Program-made: the position numbers and the translations under genes
NCBI RefSeq assembly: GCF_044704955.1
Contig: NC_091989.1
Location: forward strand, 104,036,001 to 104,100,000
Length of the DNA stretch: 64,000 nucleotides
From: Pristiophorus japonicus
Lineage: Eukaryota
Reading direction: 5' to 3'
The notes under the pieces: generated by a model
Databases searched by the model: none
What the model was told of the DNA's origin: nothing
What the model saw: only the letters and a program-made list of their open reading frames with translations
Part shown: positions 13,471 through 24,525 of the stretch, one piece after another
Layout: each line of letters opens with the position of its first letter
Numbering within the stretch: the first letter of the stretch is position 1

Positions 13471-14404
13471 ATTTTAGAATGAGACAATGAGAAATGCAAT
13501 GCTTGGTTGACAGAACTAAAGCTGGAAATGGAGATTGGATGGTATCTACAGCTCTGATCGCTATCCGACCTGTGGGTAGGACCACAGCCAAAGACTCAAG
13601 CATGTAACTTCATGGTCGAAGGCGATAGAGTTCAGAGTGGAACCAATACATAGTGGAACAACCAATACCAGGACTATATATTGGGGACAGAAAGCTTAAA
13701 AGAGTGCTCTGAATGAAACCATACCAGATCCCAGATGGGTTTGGAGTTTGAATTAAATGTTTATGTATTTGGGACCCTATCCTTGCGGAGGCACCAGATA
13801 TACATTTTGGGGAATGGTCTAGTGATAACCACATCCCAGGTATAATTAAATCTCGGAGAATGAGAGAGAAAGGAGTACAACAAATTCTCCATGGGAAAAA
13901 CAGCACTGACAACAAGAACATTGAGACGATATGTTGGCCCCAGTTTTGGAAGCACAACTACGGTTATTTCACGTATCCCAGAGAGACGTATTTTTAACAT
14001 CTTGGGGAGTTAAGGGTTAGCAGTGTATCTTGTTTTAACAGGCTTTCCGGATTTACAATATAAAACAGGATGGCTTTGAATTATTGTAAGGAGAAAGCTT
14101 GTCCTCTGGTATGTAAAGTGCTTGTGTAAGCAAACTAGTGTAGGTAATAACATGTAACTTTAGTCTTAGGGTAATAAAACAAGGGTAGCGCGCCCATTTG
14201 CTAAATATAGCAGTGGGTAAAGGCAGTTCTGTTTAAGGGAAGTTGATTTGAACTAAACATTTGCAAACAGTTTACATGGATATTCTATTTTCAAGTGGCT
14301 TAGAAAATACATACATCATTCTGACATTTTTCATTGAGGTAGTCAAAATAGCGTGTATAAAGGATCATAGTTTTCAACGATATCTCAGAAGGTGCTCAAA
14401 AGAT

Positions 14405-15265
14405 GCAGAAGTGGGATGTTCGCTGATGACTGCACAGCGTTCAGTGCCATTCGCCACTCCTCAGATGATGAAACAAGCTATGCCGAGATGTAGCAAAGTT
14501 TGGACAACGATCAGGCTTGGGCAGCAAGTTATATTCGGGCCACACAAATACCAGGCGATGACTATCGCCAACAAGAGAGTGCCTAACCATCGCCCCTGGA
14601 CTTTGAACAGCGTCACCTTCACCGAATTGCCCAACATCAACATTTGGGGGTCACCATTGACCAGAAAAGTAACTGAATCTGCCACATAAATTCTGTGGCT
14701 TCAACAGCAGGTCAGAGGCAGGGTATTCTGTGGTGTCTTACTTCCTGACTCCTTAAAGCCATTCCACCATCTACAAGGCACAAGACAAGAGTATGATGGA
14801 ATACTCTCCAATTTCTGGGATGAGTGCAGCTACAACAATCTACAAGGTCGACACAGTCCAACATGAAGCAGCTTGCTTGATTGGTGCCCCATCCACTACC
14901 AGAAACATACATACCCTCCACCATCGGTGCACCGTGCCTTCAGCGTGTACCATCTACAAGATCACTAAGGCTTCTTCAACAGCACCTCCCAAATCATGAC
15001 CTCTACCAACTAGAAGGACAAGGGCAGCAGGTGCATGGGAACAACATCAACTCCAAGTTCCCCTCCAAGTCACGCAAAATCCAGACTTGGAAACATATCA
15101 CCGTTCCTTCAAAGACGCTGCGACAAAATTCTGGAATTCCCTTCCGAACAGCACTGTGGGAGTACCTTCACCATACAGACTGCAGTGATTTTCTTGAGGG
15201 CAATTAAGGATAGGCAATAAATTCTGGCCTTGCCAGCGATGTCCATCTCCCAGGAATGAATAAAA
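14405..15265 (+). mobile_element. LINE 3' portion (L2/CR1-type RT C-terminus and 3' UTR)
   Basis: MFADD at ~14416, TIYKAQ..MEYSP, and the same tail as 5053-5360. Confidence 0.8.
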
Positions 15266-15712
15266 GAAACAGGATAAAAGCACTCTCTTTATGCATTTAA
15301 AGGCTGATCATCTTCACCGTTTATCAATAAAGTCTGTTCCCATATACTGTACTACGAACTCTCCTGCTTACTCAAAGCTGTTGTTTTGAACCATAGGAGA
15401 AAGGGGATTGACTGCTAACAGTTTACTAATGTCAGTAGTCAATAACCAGTGGAATGCCTCCCACAACAATGGGGCTTGCCACTTACACAGTGAAATGGGT
15501 GGAAATAACAGTGACGTTTGCACGGCCTCCATGGAACTGGGGCAATGCTTTCACTCAAAGTTCATTCATTGCTGCGACATCAACCCATCCATCAAAATAG
15601 AGAAATTAGATGCTAATAATCTGGAGCTAGTTTCCCTTATGCGGGAGGGTGGAGACGACTGGTCGTCCTGTTCCAGAATCAGAACTATGTTTTTCACCCT
15701 CAAGGGGGGAAT

Positions 15713-16216
15713 TGTTAGTTAACCTCGTTGGCTGTAAGATGGTTGCAACAAGACAGGGTGGAGCCAAATAGAATGTGTACCATACCATTTTCACTGTTAG
15801 ATGGCTTTTTGATGTAACTTTGGACATAACTTTGTCAGCTGTTGTCAACATATCAATTGTTTGCTTTGATAATTGACTACAGGGAAGTAATACCTAATTG
15901 CAGGCATACAATGGCACAAGTCTGTGTAAAATAATGGCTGGTTAAAACTAGACAGGGTGCAGCCAATGAGTTTCGGCTGATAATAGGCATGGTAGCATCT
16001 ATTTGCATCACTAGATTTCTGATTGTTCCCCTTTAAAGGACAAGGCCAGATTTCTGATCATTATCCTTGGTGGACAAGACACAGACAACAGTTTGTCTGG
16101 AATGTATAATTTGATCTTGCCTGTTGTACACAGCCCTACAAAAAGTTATTTGCTCCAGTCTTGCCAGATTACAGAATGTACAGACTATAAAGGTAGACCA
16201 GGAATACAAGTTCACA
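15713..16216 (+). mobile_element. Probable 3' LTR of an LTR element, preceded by a polypurine tract
   Basis: AAGGGGGGAA (15702-15711) immediately precedes TGTTAG. The segment ends ...TTCACA where CR1 sequence begins. No second copy was found in the window. Confidence 0.45.
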
Positions 16217-16453
16217 ATCGGGGTAAAGCCAATTTTGCTGAGCTGAGATAGGATCTGGCCAACGTGGACTGGAAACAGCTACTTGATAGTAGATCAGTGT
16301 CAGAGCAGTGGGAGGCATTCAAGGACGAGATCCTGAGGGTACAGACCAAGTATGTTCCCTTAAAAAATATGGTGGGGCTAACAAATCTATAGCCCCCTGG
16401 ATATCAAGGGACACACAGGGTAAGACAAAGAAAAAAAGGGAAGCTTATGATAG
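16217..16453 (+). mobile_element. CR1 LINE ORF2, left part, split by ERV-A
   Basis: ANFAELR*DLANVDWKQL...APWISRD...KKKREAY. Continues at 31245 after the duplicated ATAG. Confidence 0.85.
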
Positions 16454-16820
16454 TGTTGGACTTTGTGAGTCCATGCACGGTAAGAAAAAGTACACAGTTT
16501 ATTATTCAGAGCGCTCTGGGAGAAGAGACAGAGATTCCACAATCTCGTTCCCATCTTCTTCCCGAGATTGGCCTGCTGTTTACAATTATATCCCTGGGGA
16601 CGTCATTGCCTCTCTACATCATCCAATCAATTCATGTTGGAGTGTAGCATTGCCTTATATGGCCGTGATCTGGCACACAATTCACTCACGTATAGAATGG
16701 CAGGACGTACATCACATGGGTGCACGTAAGCTGTTTTTTTTAAAGAGGACCGTTCAGTAGGCTGTACATGTTTATACACAGTTTATAAAGATAATTAATG
16801 GCTACAAATTCCCTCCAACA
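16454..16820 (-). repeat. ERV-A 3' LTR
   Basis: Matches 21388-21650 plus 31136-31244. Polypurine tract (minus-strand AAAAAGAGAGAA) at 16821-16832. Minus-strand AATAAA at ~16498-16503. Confidence 0.93.
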
Positions 16821-16849
16821 TTCTCTCTTTTTGATCTTTTCCCATACCA

Positions 16850-17540
16850 TGCGGAGAAGAGCAGCCACAAATCACAGCCGGACTGATTCTTCCAGTGTCG
16901 GTGGCCGCTGATGGTATCATTGTGCCCGGTGCTGTAGTTTCTGATACTCTGAGGCAGGAACTGGAGTTGGTCAGGAGATGCTGGTAGCGTTAGCGTGTGT
17001 TGCCGAGAACACTGATGCCGTTATACACAAGTTTGACATACACATCTTAATTATCATAACAGCAATGTATAGGGTGATACATATTCATGCAAATAGTACT
17101 AATCCTTGTACAATGCTCTGTCCGACGCCTGACATCCAGCTCCCCAACCAACCAAACCGGTTGTCAGTGGATTTCAGCTCTTCCACCTCCTTTTTTATGT
17201 GTCCTGCTAAATTAGTTATATCTTCAGAGTTATTGGGGATGTACATACAGCATTCAGCTCCTATTAGAGCGCAAGTGCCCCCCGCTTTCTGCCAAGACAT
17301 AGTCTAATGCCACACGGTTTTGTAGTACCGTGGTTCGTATTGCCGCCGTAATACCTTCCAGAGCATCGGCCGTGCCATTGGCTGTCTGCTCCAGCAACTA
17401 GAGACGTTACTATTCTTTGCATAAATGTAGGACATATAGAGGAATGTATTGACGTGGAACTCTCGTGTCTGCCTCTTTACCACCGAGATACATGCAATAC
17501 AGACTGAAGTTATCACACAGATCGCGGCATACAATTTCAT
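16850..17540 (-). pseudogene. env: ERV-A env remnant: signal peptide joined almost directly to TM (SU deleted), gamma-type
   Basis: Signal peptide MKLYAAICVITSVCIAC...NVSSCW. After a junction at ~17393: LEQTANGTADALEGIT, ISD VLQNRVALDYVLA, CX6CC (CALIGAECC), and a hydrophobic membrane anchor. Frameshifts and stops. Confidence 0.88.
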
Positions 17541-17639
17541 CTCATTATTACTCTATGTTAACAATTACTCAAAGGCAAAATGATCGTTCTATCTTGCTTG
17601 AAGAGTTGTCACTGACCTGTAGGTAGATAGGTACTTTCA

Positions 17640-20600
17640 TTAAGTGGCAGGCTGAAAAATTTTAAGCTGGGTCCAATGTTTCCATTGCCCTTTCCCTCTG
17701 ACATCAATACAAGCACACGTATCTCCACTAATCATAATCTCGTAAGGTCCTACCCACTTCGGGGCGAACCCGGGTTTTCCTGGTGGAACTTTCACCATCA
17801 CACGGGTCCCTGCCTGAGGTACGTCCGGGAAGGCGGTGGCCTCCAGTTTCTTATCGCATTGAGTCTGCCTTTCTCTGGTCTGTTTCCTCATTTCCTGGAG
17901 ACCATTACTCATTTCTAATATATATCTCCTAATTCTATCCCTTAGAGGTCCTACATCTGCCCCTCCTGTAAAAATTCCTTCTGGGAGTTGCATCGCCCTT
18001 CCCATCATTAACTCATAAGGTGATAAGCCCGTTGTTGTACTAGGGACTGCCCTTAGTTTCATCAGGATGATGGGTAACACATCAACCCATGTGGTCCCCA
18101 TCTCGTGGATTGCTTTCGCGATCGTTATCTTAAGGGTTCGATTCATCCGTTCTACCATTCCTGAGCTTTGGGGGTGGTACAGTATATGGAATTTCTGTTT
18201 TATCCCCATTCGTTTACATACGGCCTTTACTACCTTCCCCGTGAAGTGGGTGCCTTGGTCCGAGTCTATCGATAACAGCACCCCCCACCTAGGGATTATT
18301 TCTTCCGCCAGAATTCTAGCTACACTAGTGGCCGTACAGTTCCTTGTTGGGTAAGCTTCCACCCATCGGGTGAACTGATCTATTACCACTAAGCAATATC
18401 GTTTCCCCCTTGAGTTAGGCAGTGGTCCGGTGAAATCTATTTGTATGTTTTCCCATGGCCCTCGGGGTATTGGCTGATGTGCCATTCGTATCTTAATTGG
18501 CTTACCGGGGTTATGTTGTGCACACGTGATACAGCGCGGAGAGTGTTTGGCTATATCCTGCCCCATTCCGGACCACCACCAATCATTTGTGAGCAACTCC
18601 ATCATGGGTCCCCTGCCCACATGAGTCACTCCATGGTGTAATTCCAGCAAGGTTTATTGAATGTAGTTTGGGGCTATGACTTTTCCACCATTTCTCCACA
18701 CTGAATCTATACCAGGTGCCCCGCCCTTGGCCTTCTATGCCTCCTGTTCCTCCAGTGAAACATCGGCGTGTAACCTGACTATATCCACTTCATCCCTCAT
18801 TAAGCTCCCCACCGCCTCAGTCCTTTCTTCCTCGTCTTGCTCCAGAGCTCACTGTGCGGCGGCGTCGGCCGCCTGATTACCTTCCTGCTCCCGGCTTTGT
18901 ACCCTTTAGTGAGCCTTTATTTTTATCACAGCAGCTTGCAGTGGCCCTTCGGCTGCATGCAGTAGAGCCTGGAATCTTTCCTGATGTCAGATGTGTTCTC
19001 CCCCTGTTGTGATGAACCCCCTGCGCTCCTATGCTATCATATAATCATGTACAACTCCAAACGTGTAGCAACTATCTATATAGATATTAACAGTCTTGCC
19101 CCTCGCCAGTTTCAGGGCCTCGGTAAGGGTCACAATCTCAGCAACCTAGGCCAAGAACCCCCCATCTAATTTATCAGATGCCACAGTTTGTAACTGACCA
19201 TTTACCACGGCCCACCCGGTCCGTGGTGTTCCTTCAACATACTTTCTAGACCCATCAACATAGAGGGTCATCTGTGCCCCAATTAGGGGTTCGTTTCCCA
19301 GGCGGCCTTCTATATTTTCACTATCCACTTCCTCACACTGATGCGGCTCTCCTGCCCCCAGGAGGCCGTCAGCTGGGTTTCCTCCTGTCTCCCTGATAAT
19401 TACCACTGACTGATCTACTGGCAATAAGTCGGCCTCCCAGCGTGCTCGGCGCATATTGGAAACCAACCTCAGTTTTCCGGTGTTCAGCATCTCCACTAAA
19501 GTGTGTTTGGTATGCAAGACAATGTCCCCGGTCATAACGGTAGGCTCACTAACCCTCACCGCTCAAGCGGCGCAATCAAGGGCTGCCACAAATCTTGACA
19601 GCCCAGACACCATGGGGGTCTGCTGTGTGGAGCAATATGCAACTGGCCGCTTCTGATCCCCATGTTGTTGTGTTACCACCGCCGCGTAGAATCCTCCCTC
19701 ATTCTCACAATAAATATGGAATAGTTTTTTTGTGTCGGGTAGTCCTAACCCTGGGGCGGACACCAGGGCTTGTTTGAGCAGCTTATAGGCCTTTTCCTGT
19801 TCCTTTTCCCACTCTATAGGATCAGTTGTGGGCCTCCCGCCCTTTACCAATCTCTGAATCGGTTCGGCTAGTTTTTCAAAATCAGGGATAAAGTTCCCAC
19901 TGTAGTTGAATAGCCCCAGTACTTTTCTGACCCCTCGTACAGAAACCGGTCGGGTAATCATCTGTATTGCTACCTTTTGGTCGTTGGGCATGGTTCTGAC
20001 CCCTTGGGATATCTCCTGTCCCAGGTAGGTTACAATTTCCTTACCGATTTGAACCTGAACGGGATTCACCTTAAATCCTCCCTTTTCTAATGTCTCCAAA
20101 ACCGATATGAGCGCTGAACAGTGACCTTCATGGTCCTCCGTGGCTATCAGCAAATCATCCACATACTGTAGCATATTGCTACGATAAAGTGTCAAGTCTA
20201 CGGATTTTAGTATGGAGCTCCTAGCTCTGTGAAATATCGGCGGGCTATTGTGAAACACCTGGGGCAGTCTGGTCCACGTATACTGTCTCCCTCCAAACGT
20301 GAAGGCAAGCTTCTCTTGCAACTCTTGGTCGAGGGGTAGGGACCAGAATCTGTTCATGATATCTAGTACCGTAAATATCTAATGTTGTGGGCTTAGGCCA
20401 TTTAAAATGGTAGCCGGATTTGCCACTATGGGGTGTAGTTTGGGAGTAACCTTGTTCAAGGCTGTATAATCTATAGTAAGCCGGTATGGCCCGTCGTGTT
20501 TCATGACTGGCCACACCGGGGAGTTCGTGGCGCTCTCCGTCTCTCTAATTATTCCCTTTCTTGCCAGGTCAAGTACGATTTTCGATACCACATCTGCTGT

Positions 20601-20940
20601 CTCTGGGTTTATCAGGTATTGCCTGTGTGCCTGGTGCTTGGGCCCTGGGATGTTAATCGGCATCATATTAACGAGGCCCGTGTCCTGCTTCGTTCTAGCC
20701 CAGACCATTTCTAGGGCCTCACATATGACTCGGTACTCCCCCTGCTCTTGTTTCCAATCTCGGACCAATGGTTTGACGCTGCCTATCTTCGCGATGTTGC
20801 ATAAGGGCGCGTCCAAATTGGTCTTATGCCTTTCCGCTTCCGGCCAAATTATTTTGCTCTGTCCAGCATCTATTAATAATTTAAATTCCCTTATCAAATC
20901 TATTCCCAGAATAGTCCCTTTCTTTCGGTCATGTATAATC
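17640..20940 (-). pseudogene. pol: ERV-A pol (protease C-terminus, RT, tether/RNase H, integrase), disrupted
   Basis: GTILGIDLI; NSPVWPV; YRLTIDYTALNK; LDIMNRFWS; TWTRLPQVFHNSP; QYVDD; LYVDGS; IKIKAH; HHCC zinc finger, IDFTGPLP, SDQGTHFTG, HPQSSGMVER; KWVGPY. The integrase ORF 17640-18650 is open. Confidence 0.93.
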
Positions 20941-21366
20941 TGGTGAGGGACCCCGGGGGGGCCCCACTCCGTTTCCTTACTGGTCATTGTAGTCTCACGT
21001 CACGGTCTCACGACTGTCAGATGTACGCCCGGTATTACTCACTCCTACCAGATGAACTTCCAGTCTCTATCATCAGAGGTGTTCTATCACACTTGCGATT
21101 CGTCAAAATGGCCTCGGCGACTTACTACGATCTTCCTCCTTTGTTTTACACATGACCCTTGGTATCTCTGACCTGTGTGACTTAAGATGACAAACTTAAT
21201 TTACAACCCGCGGCAGATCTGTGATTTCTCACCGTTCATGGACGTCCGTTCTTTGGTGAATCGGGGCTCCGGAGCCACCTTTCCCGCGGCCCAATTTGAT
21301 GGACGGTCAAACTTTTGACTACTCGTCTTCCTCCACCGGTCGGGCGACCTGAAGTAACCCAAATTC

Positions 21367-21384
21367 ACCCTTCTTGCAGCGGCA
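21367..21384 (-). promoter_or_regulatory. ERV-A primer binding site, degenerate tRNA-Ser type
   Basis: Minus strand TGCCGCTGCAAGAAGGGT, 3 nt after the LTR ...AAACA. About 14/18 match to a recalled tRNA-Ser PBS (TGGCGCAGCGAGCAGGGT). Confidence 0.55.
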
Positions 21385-21387
21385 ATT

Positions 21388-21650
21388 TGTTTGGGAATAA
21401 AACCCACTTTGAGTCCATGCACGGTAAAAAAAAATAGTTTATTATTCAGAGCGCTCTGGGAGAAGAGACAGAGATTCCGCAATCTCGTTCCCACCTTCTC
21501 CCCGAGCATGGCCATCTGTTTACAATTACATCCCTGGGGATGTCATCGCCTCCCTACATCATCCAATCAATTCATGTTGTAGTGTAGCATTGCCTTATAT
21601 TACCGTGATCTGGCACACAATTCACTCACGTATAGAACGGCAGGACGTAC
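21388..21650 (-). repeat. ERV-A 5' LTR, U5/R part (U3 part at 31136-31244)
   Basis: Aligns with 16454-16710 and is interrupted at CGTAC by ERV-B. Confidence 0.92.
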
Positions 21651-22112
21651 TGTCGAGGAAATTTCTAAGTTAAATTAACTCAGGCGGAGGCTTTCAGAGT
21701 CGTGCTTCGAGACAATTTTATTTAAAAAAGCGAGATATCTCGGAGAGCCTGCTTGGACCGTACCAAGGCAGAAAACTCTCCTGTCCATGCAAATTGTCCC
21801 TATCTTTATACAGAAATAGAATACAGAAATAGAAAAGGAATCTTATTCATTAGTTCCGTGAGGACAAAGGTCGTCTCGGGAGGCACACACTCTATCTGTC
21901 CTTGCATAGTTTCTCCCTGTTCACAGTCTGTTAAGCAGAATATCAGGAGACTCCCTTTTAATACCGGATAGTCATTTAATTACATTTCTAAGTTTCAAGG
22001 CTAAAAAGTGTGGGTGTTGTTCTAGTCCTATTATTTCTTCAAATATAGCAAAAACAGAATTTAACCCTTCCCTTTACCATAAGCCATGGATTCATAGATT
22101 CTTTCTTCCACA
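21651..22112 (-). repeat. ERV-B 3' LTR
   Basis: Near-identical to 30683-31130 (about 9 substitutions plus a few indels by hand count). PPT AAGGAGGGAA on the minus strand at 22114-22123. Confidence 0.95.
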
Positions 22113-22119
22113 ATTCCCT

Positions 22120-24118
22120 CCTTGTTGATCTTTTTTTTTCAGATCAACACAATTTCCTATATTTTCTTCTTGCGCAAAAGGGGGTTCATATCCTTCAGGA
22201 TAGGGTCGCATTTTGAGATATTCGTCTTCATCAAACTTTTCCTCTAAGCGACTTAACCTTCCTTTCATGCATACACTTTTCCTTTCTATTTCGGAGATCA
22301 GGCCTATTGACCAATTACATTTTTTAATTTCGTCCACATTCCGCAAAGGATTATAACCACACCTACGATTACTATGGGCTGTATAGCAAGCTTCAGTACT
22401 GCTGCAGCTTTTGGGGACCACCCGGTAAACACATCCCATCAGTGGTGTACTGTCAAAGAGGTGACTTCGTCTGCGATTCTCACTAGTTGCCCCTTCTTGT
22501 AACTCATTTCGACTCTAAATTGGTGGATGTCTCTGCCTTGCTTTGACAGAGCTTCCTCAATTTTCTTGTCATTCCGTATCAAATTGTGCAGTCTGGTCAG
22601 ATTAATTACGGGGTGTAAGGGTTCAATCTTGTGCATAGACAGATATTTTCTACATTTTGCCATTGCCCAAAGGTATAAGTTCTTTTTACTTCAGGGTCAT
22701 ACAGGGTGTAGACTCTTCTCACGCATTTATTTGTTGGCTTTAATTACCATTTACATACTCCAATGGAGTGCTGCAGTGAGCATGGTTCGTATATGGCGGT
22801 CTGATAGGGACATACTATTCCGAATGGCCACCTAGCACATCCCCTCTGGTGATGTGTCATATTCTTCTCATCGACTCAATCTCCTTTAAATTCTGGGTAC
22901 CAGAAGTTCTGTCCAAACAGCTGGGACATTACTTGGAACTGACACCAAATTTATTTTCGTGTCTTACTTACTATCTCCGCAGTAACGTTACATCCTTTTG
23001 AATTTCAACTGGTATATCTTTTTTTGAGGGTTAATGGTTAAATTAAGAAGCTTATCCCTTTTGTTAATTTCCAGCAACCTTTCCCATGTGTTAGCATGGA
23101 AGGATAATATTTTCCTTTCTAACTCGGCTCTTAATATTTGTCTGATCATTTCTTTAAACAGGCAATGGGTGTACTTGTTTACTCCCTGTTGTTCCTTTAT
23201 TAGGTTCTCCATTTCCTTCTCTGCCCTTTCATTCTGTTCCCAGGTCATTTCGTTTATGACGCAACCTGATATTTGTAATTGCTGTAATCCTTCATCCCAG
23301 GCATTTCTGATTTTTATATCTTCCCCTACCAGTCCTCCGACGGCCTGGATTTTATTTTGTAGGGTCTCGATATCCATGGAGTTCAATGCTCCTATTCCTA
23401 CTCCCACTCCACCTAACACAGTCTCTAATACATCCCATTTCTTTCTTTGGGGTCTTTCTTTTTCAAAAGATACCTTAACACTGGTTGTGTGGTAACCATC
23501 TTCTTTCTTTGGGGGATATTTAATTCGTATTGTTAGATTTAATACACCTGGGGATCTTACCACTGGGATGCAAGTGGTCAGTAATCTTTTTAGATGTCCC
23601 GGGTCCCGGTCTTCTGGGTGGCCAGATTCTTTTACTGACCATTTTACCATGAATGGGTCTCCTCCATTCACCGGGGTGTTATTCATGCACAACATCCGCT
23701 GCCCTTCTACCATACTTGAAAATGAATAACAGAGAAAGTCTTTTCTCTCATCCAGCCCTCCTATGTACCCCCATGTCTTGTTTTTCCCCGTGCTGTGGGT
23801 ACACTTCATCCACACATCGGCCTGGTATTCTATGAACAACTGATACCCTTTCCCCAATATAAACTGGAATTCCCCTCTTTCTTCTTTCATTCCACATGCC
23901 TCACATCATGCCGTAAAGTTCCCTACTTTACAACTTTGGCCTACTGGGCATATAAAATTGCCTTGTTGCCTTGCACTATTACTTCTTTCCCATACCATAT
24001 TTCCCTTCCATACTCTTCCTTCTTTTAGAACTTCTTCCTCCTTCCGGGAGTTCCCTGTCGCTAAAATGATCAGCATACCTAACGTCCATTTATAATTTTT
24101 CCAAGAGTCCCTTCCCAT
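22120..24118 (-). pseudogene. env: ERV-B env, class III (HERV-S/ERV-L-related)-type, multiple stops and frameshifts
   Basis: Signal peptide MGRDSW...LGMLIILATG. Furin site RKK(R>W) at ~23435, then DVLETVLGGVGVGIGALNSMDIETLQNKI and heptad repeats. Cys-rich region. HH*WDVFTGWSPKA at ~22445, followed by the TM IQPIVIVGVVIILCG. No ISD or CX6CC. Confidence 0.82.
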
Positions 24119-24205
24119 CTTCCCTTTCTTGTTTGTTTCTATACCACTCTTGAATTAAGTCATTACAATAACAACACGTCCACACGATAGTAACAGTGGC
24201 CCAAA

Positions 24206-24397
24206 TAATAAAGTTAATATATTCAAAAAGGAGTTAGATGAGGTCCTTACTGCTAGGGGGATCAAGGGGTATGGCGAGAAAGCAGGAATGGGGTACTGAA
24301 GTTGAATGTTCAGCCATGAACTCATTGAATGGCGGTGCAGGCTAGAAGGGCCGAATGGCCTACTCCTGCACCTATTTTCTATGTTTCTATGTTTCTA
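24206..24397 (+). mobile_element. 5'-truncated CR1 tail inserted between ERV-B pol and env
   Basis: KGYGEKAGMGY* and (TTTCTATG)n tail, flanked by the 9-bp duplication TGGCCCAAA at 24197-24205 and 24398-24406. Confidence 0.9.
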
Positions 24398-24525
24398 TGG
24401 CCCAAACTGGCACACAAATGAGCTCTGACATCCGTTCCTGAACTTTTGGGCAGTACTTTCAAGTCCAAATATTTAATTTGATACAAGAGCAGGTACAGTT
24501 CTTCAGCGAGAAGATGGCCTTTTTC

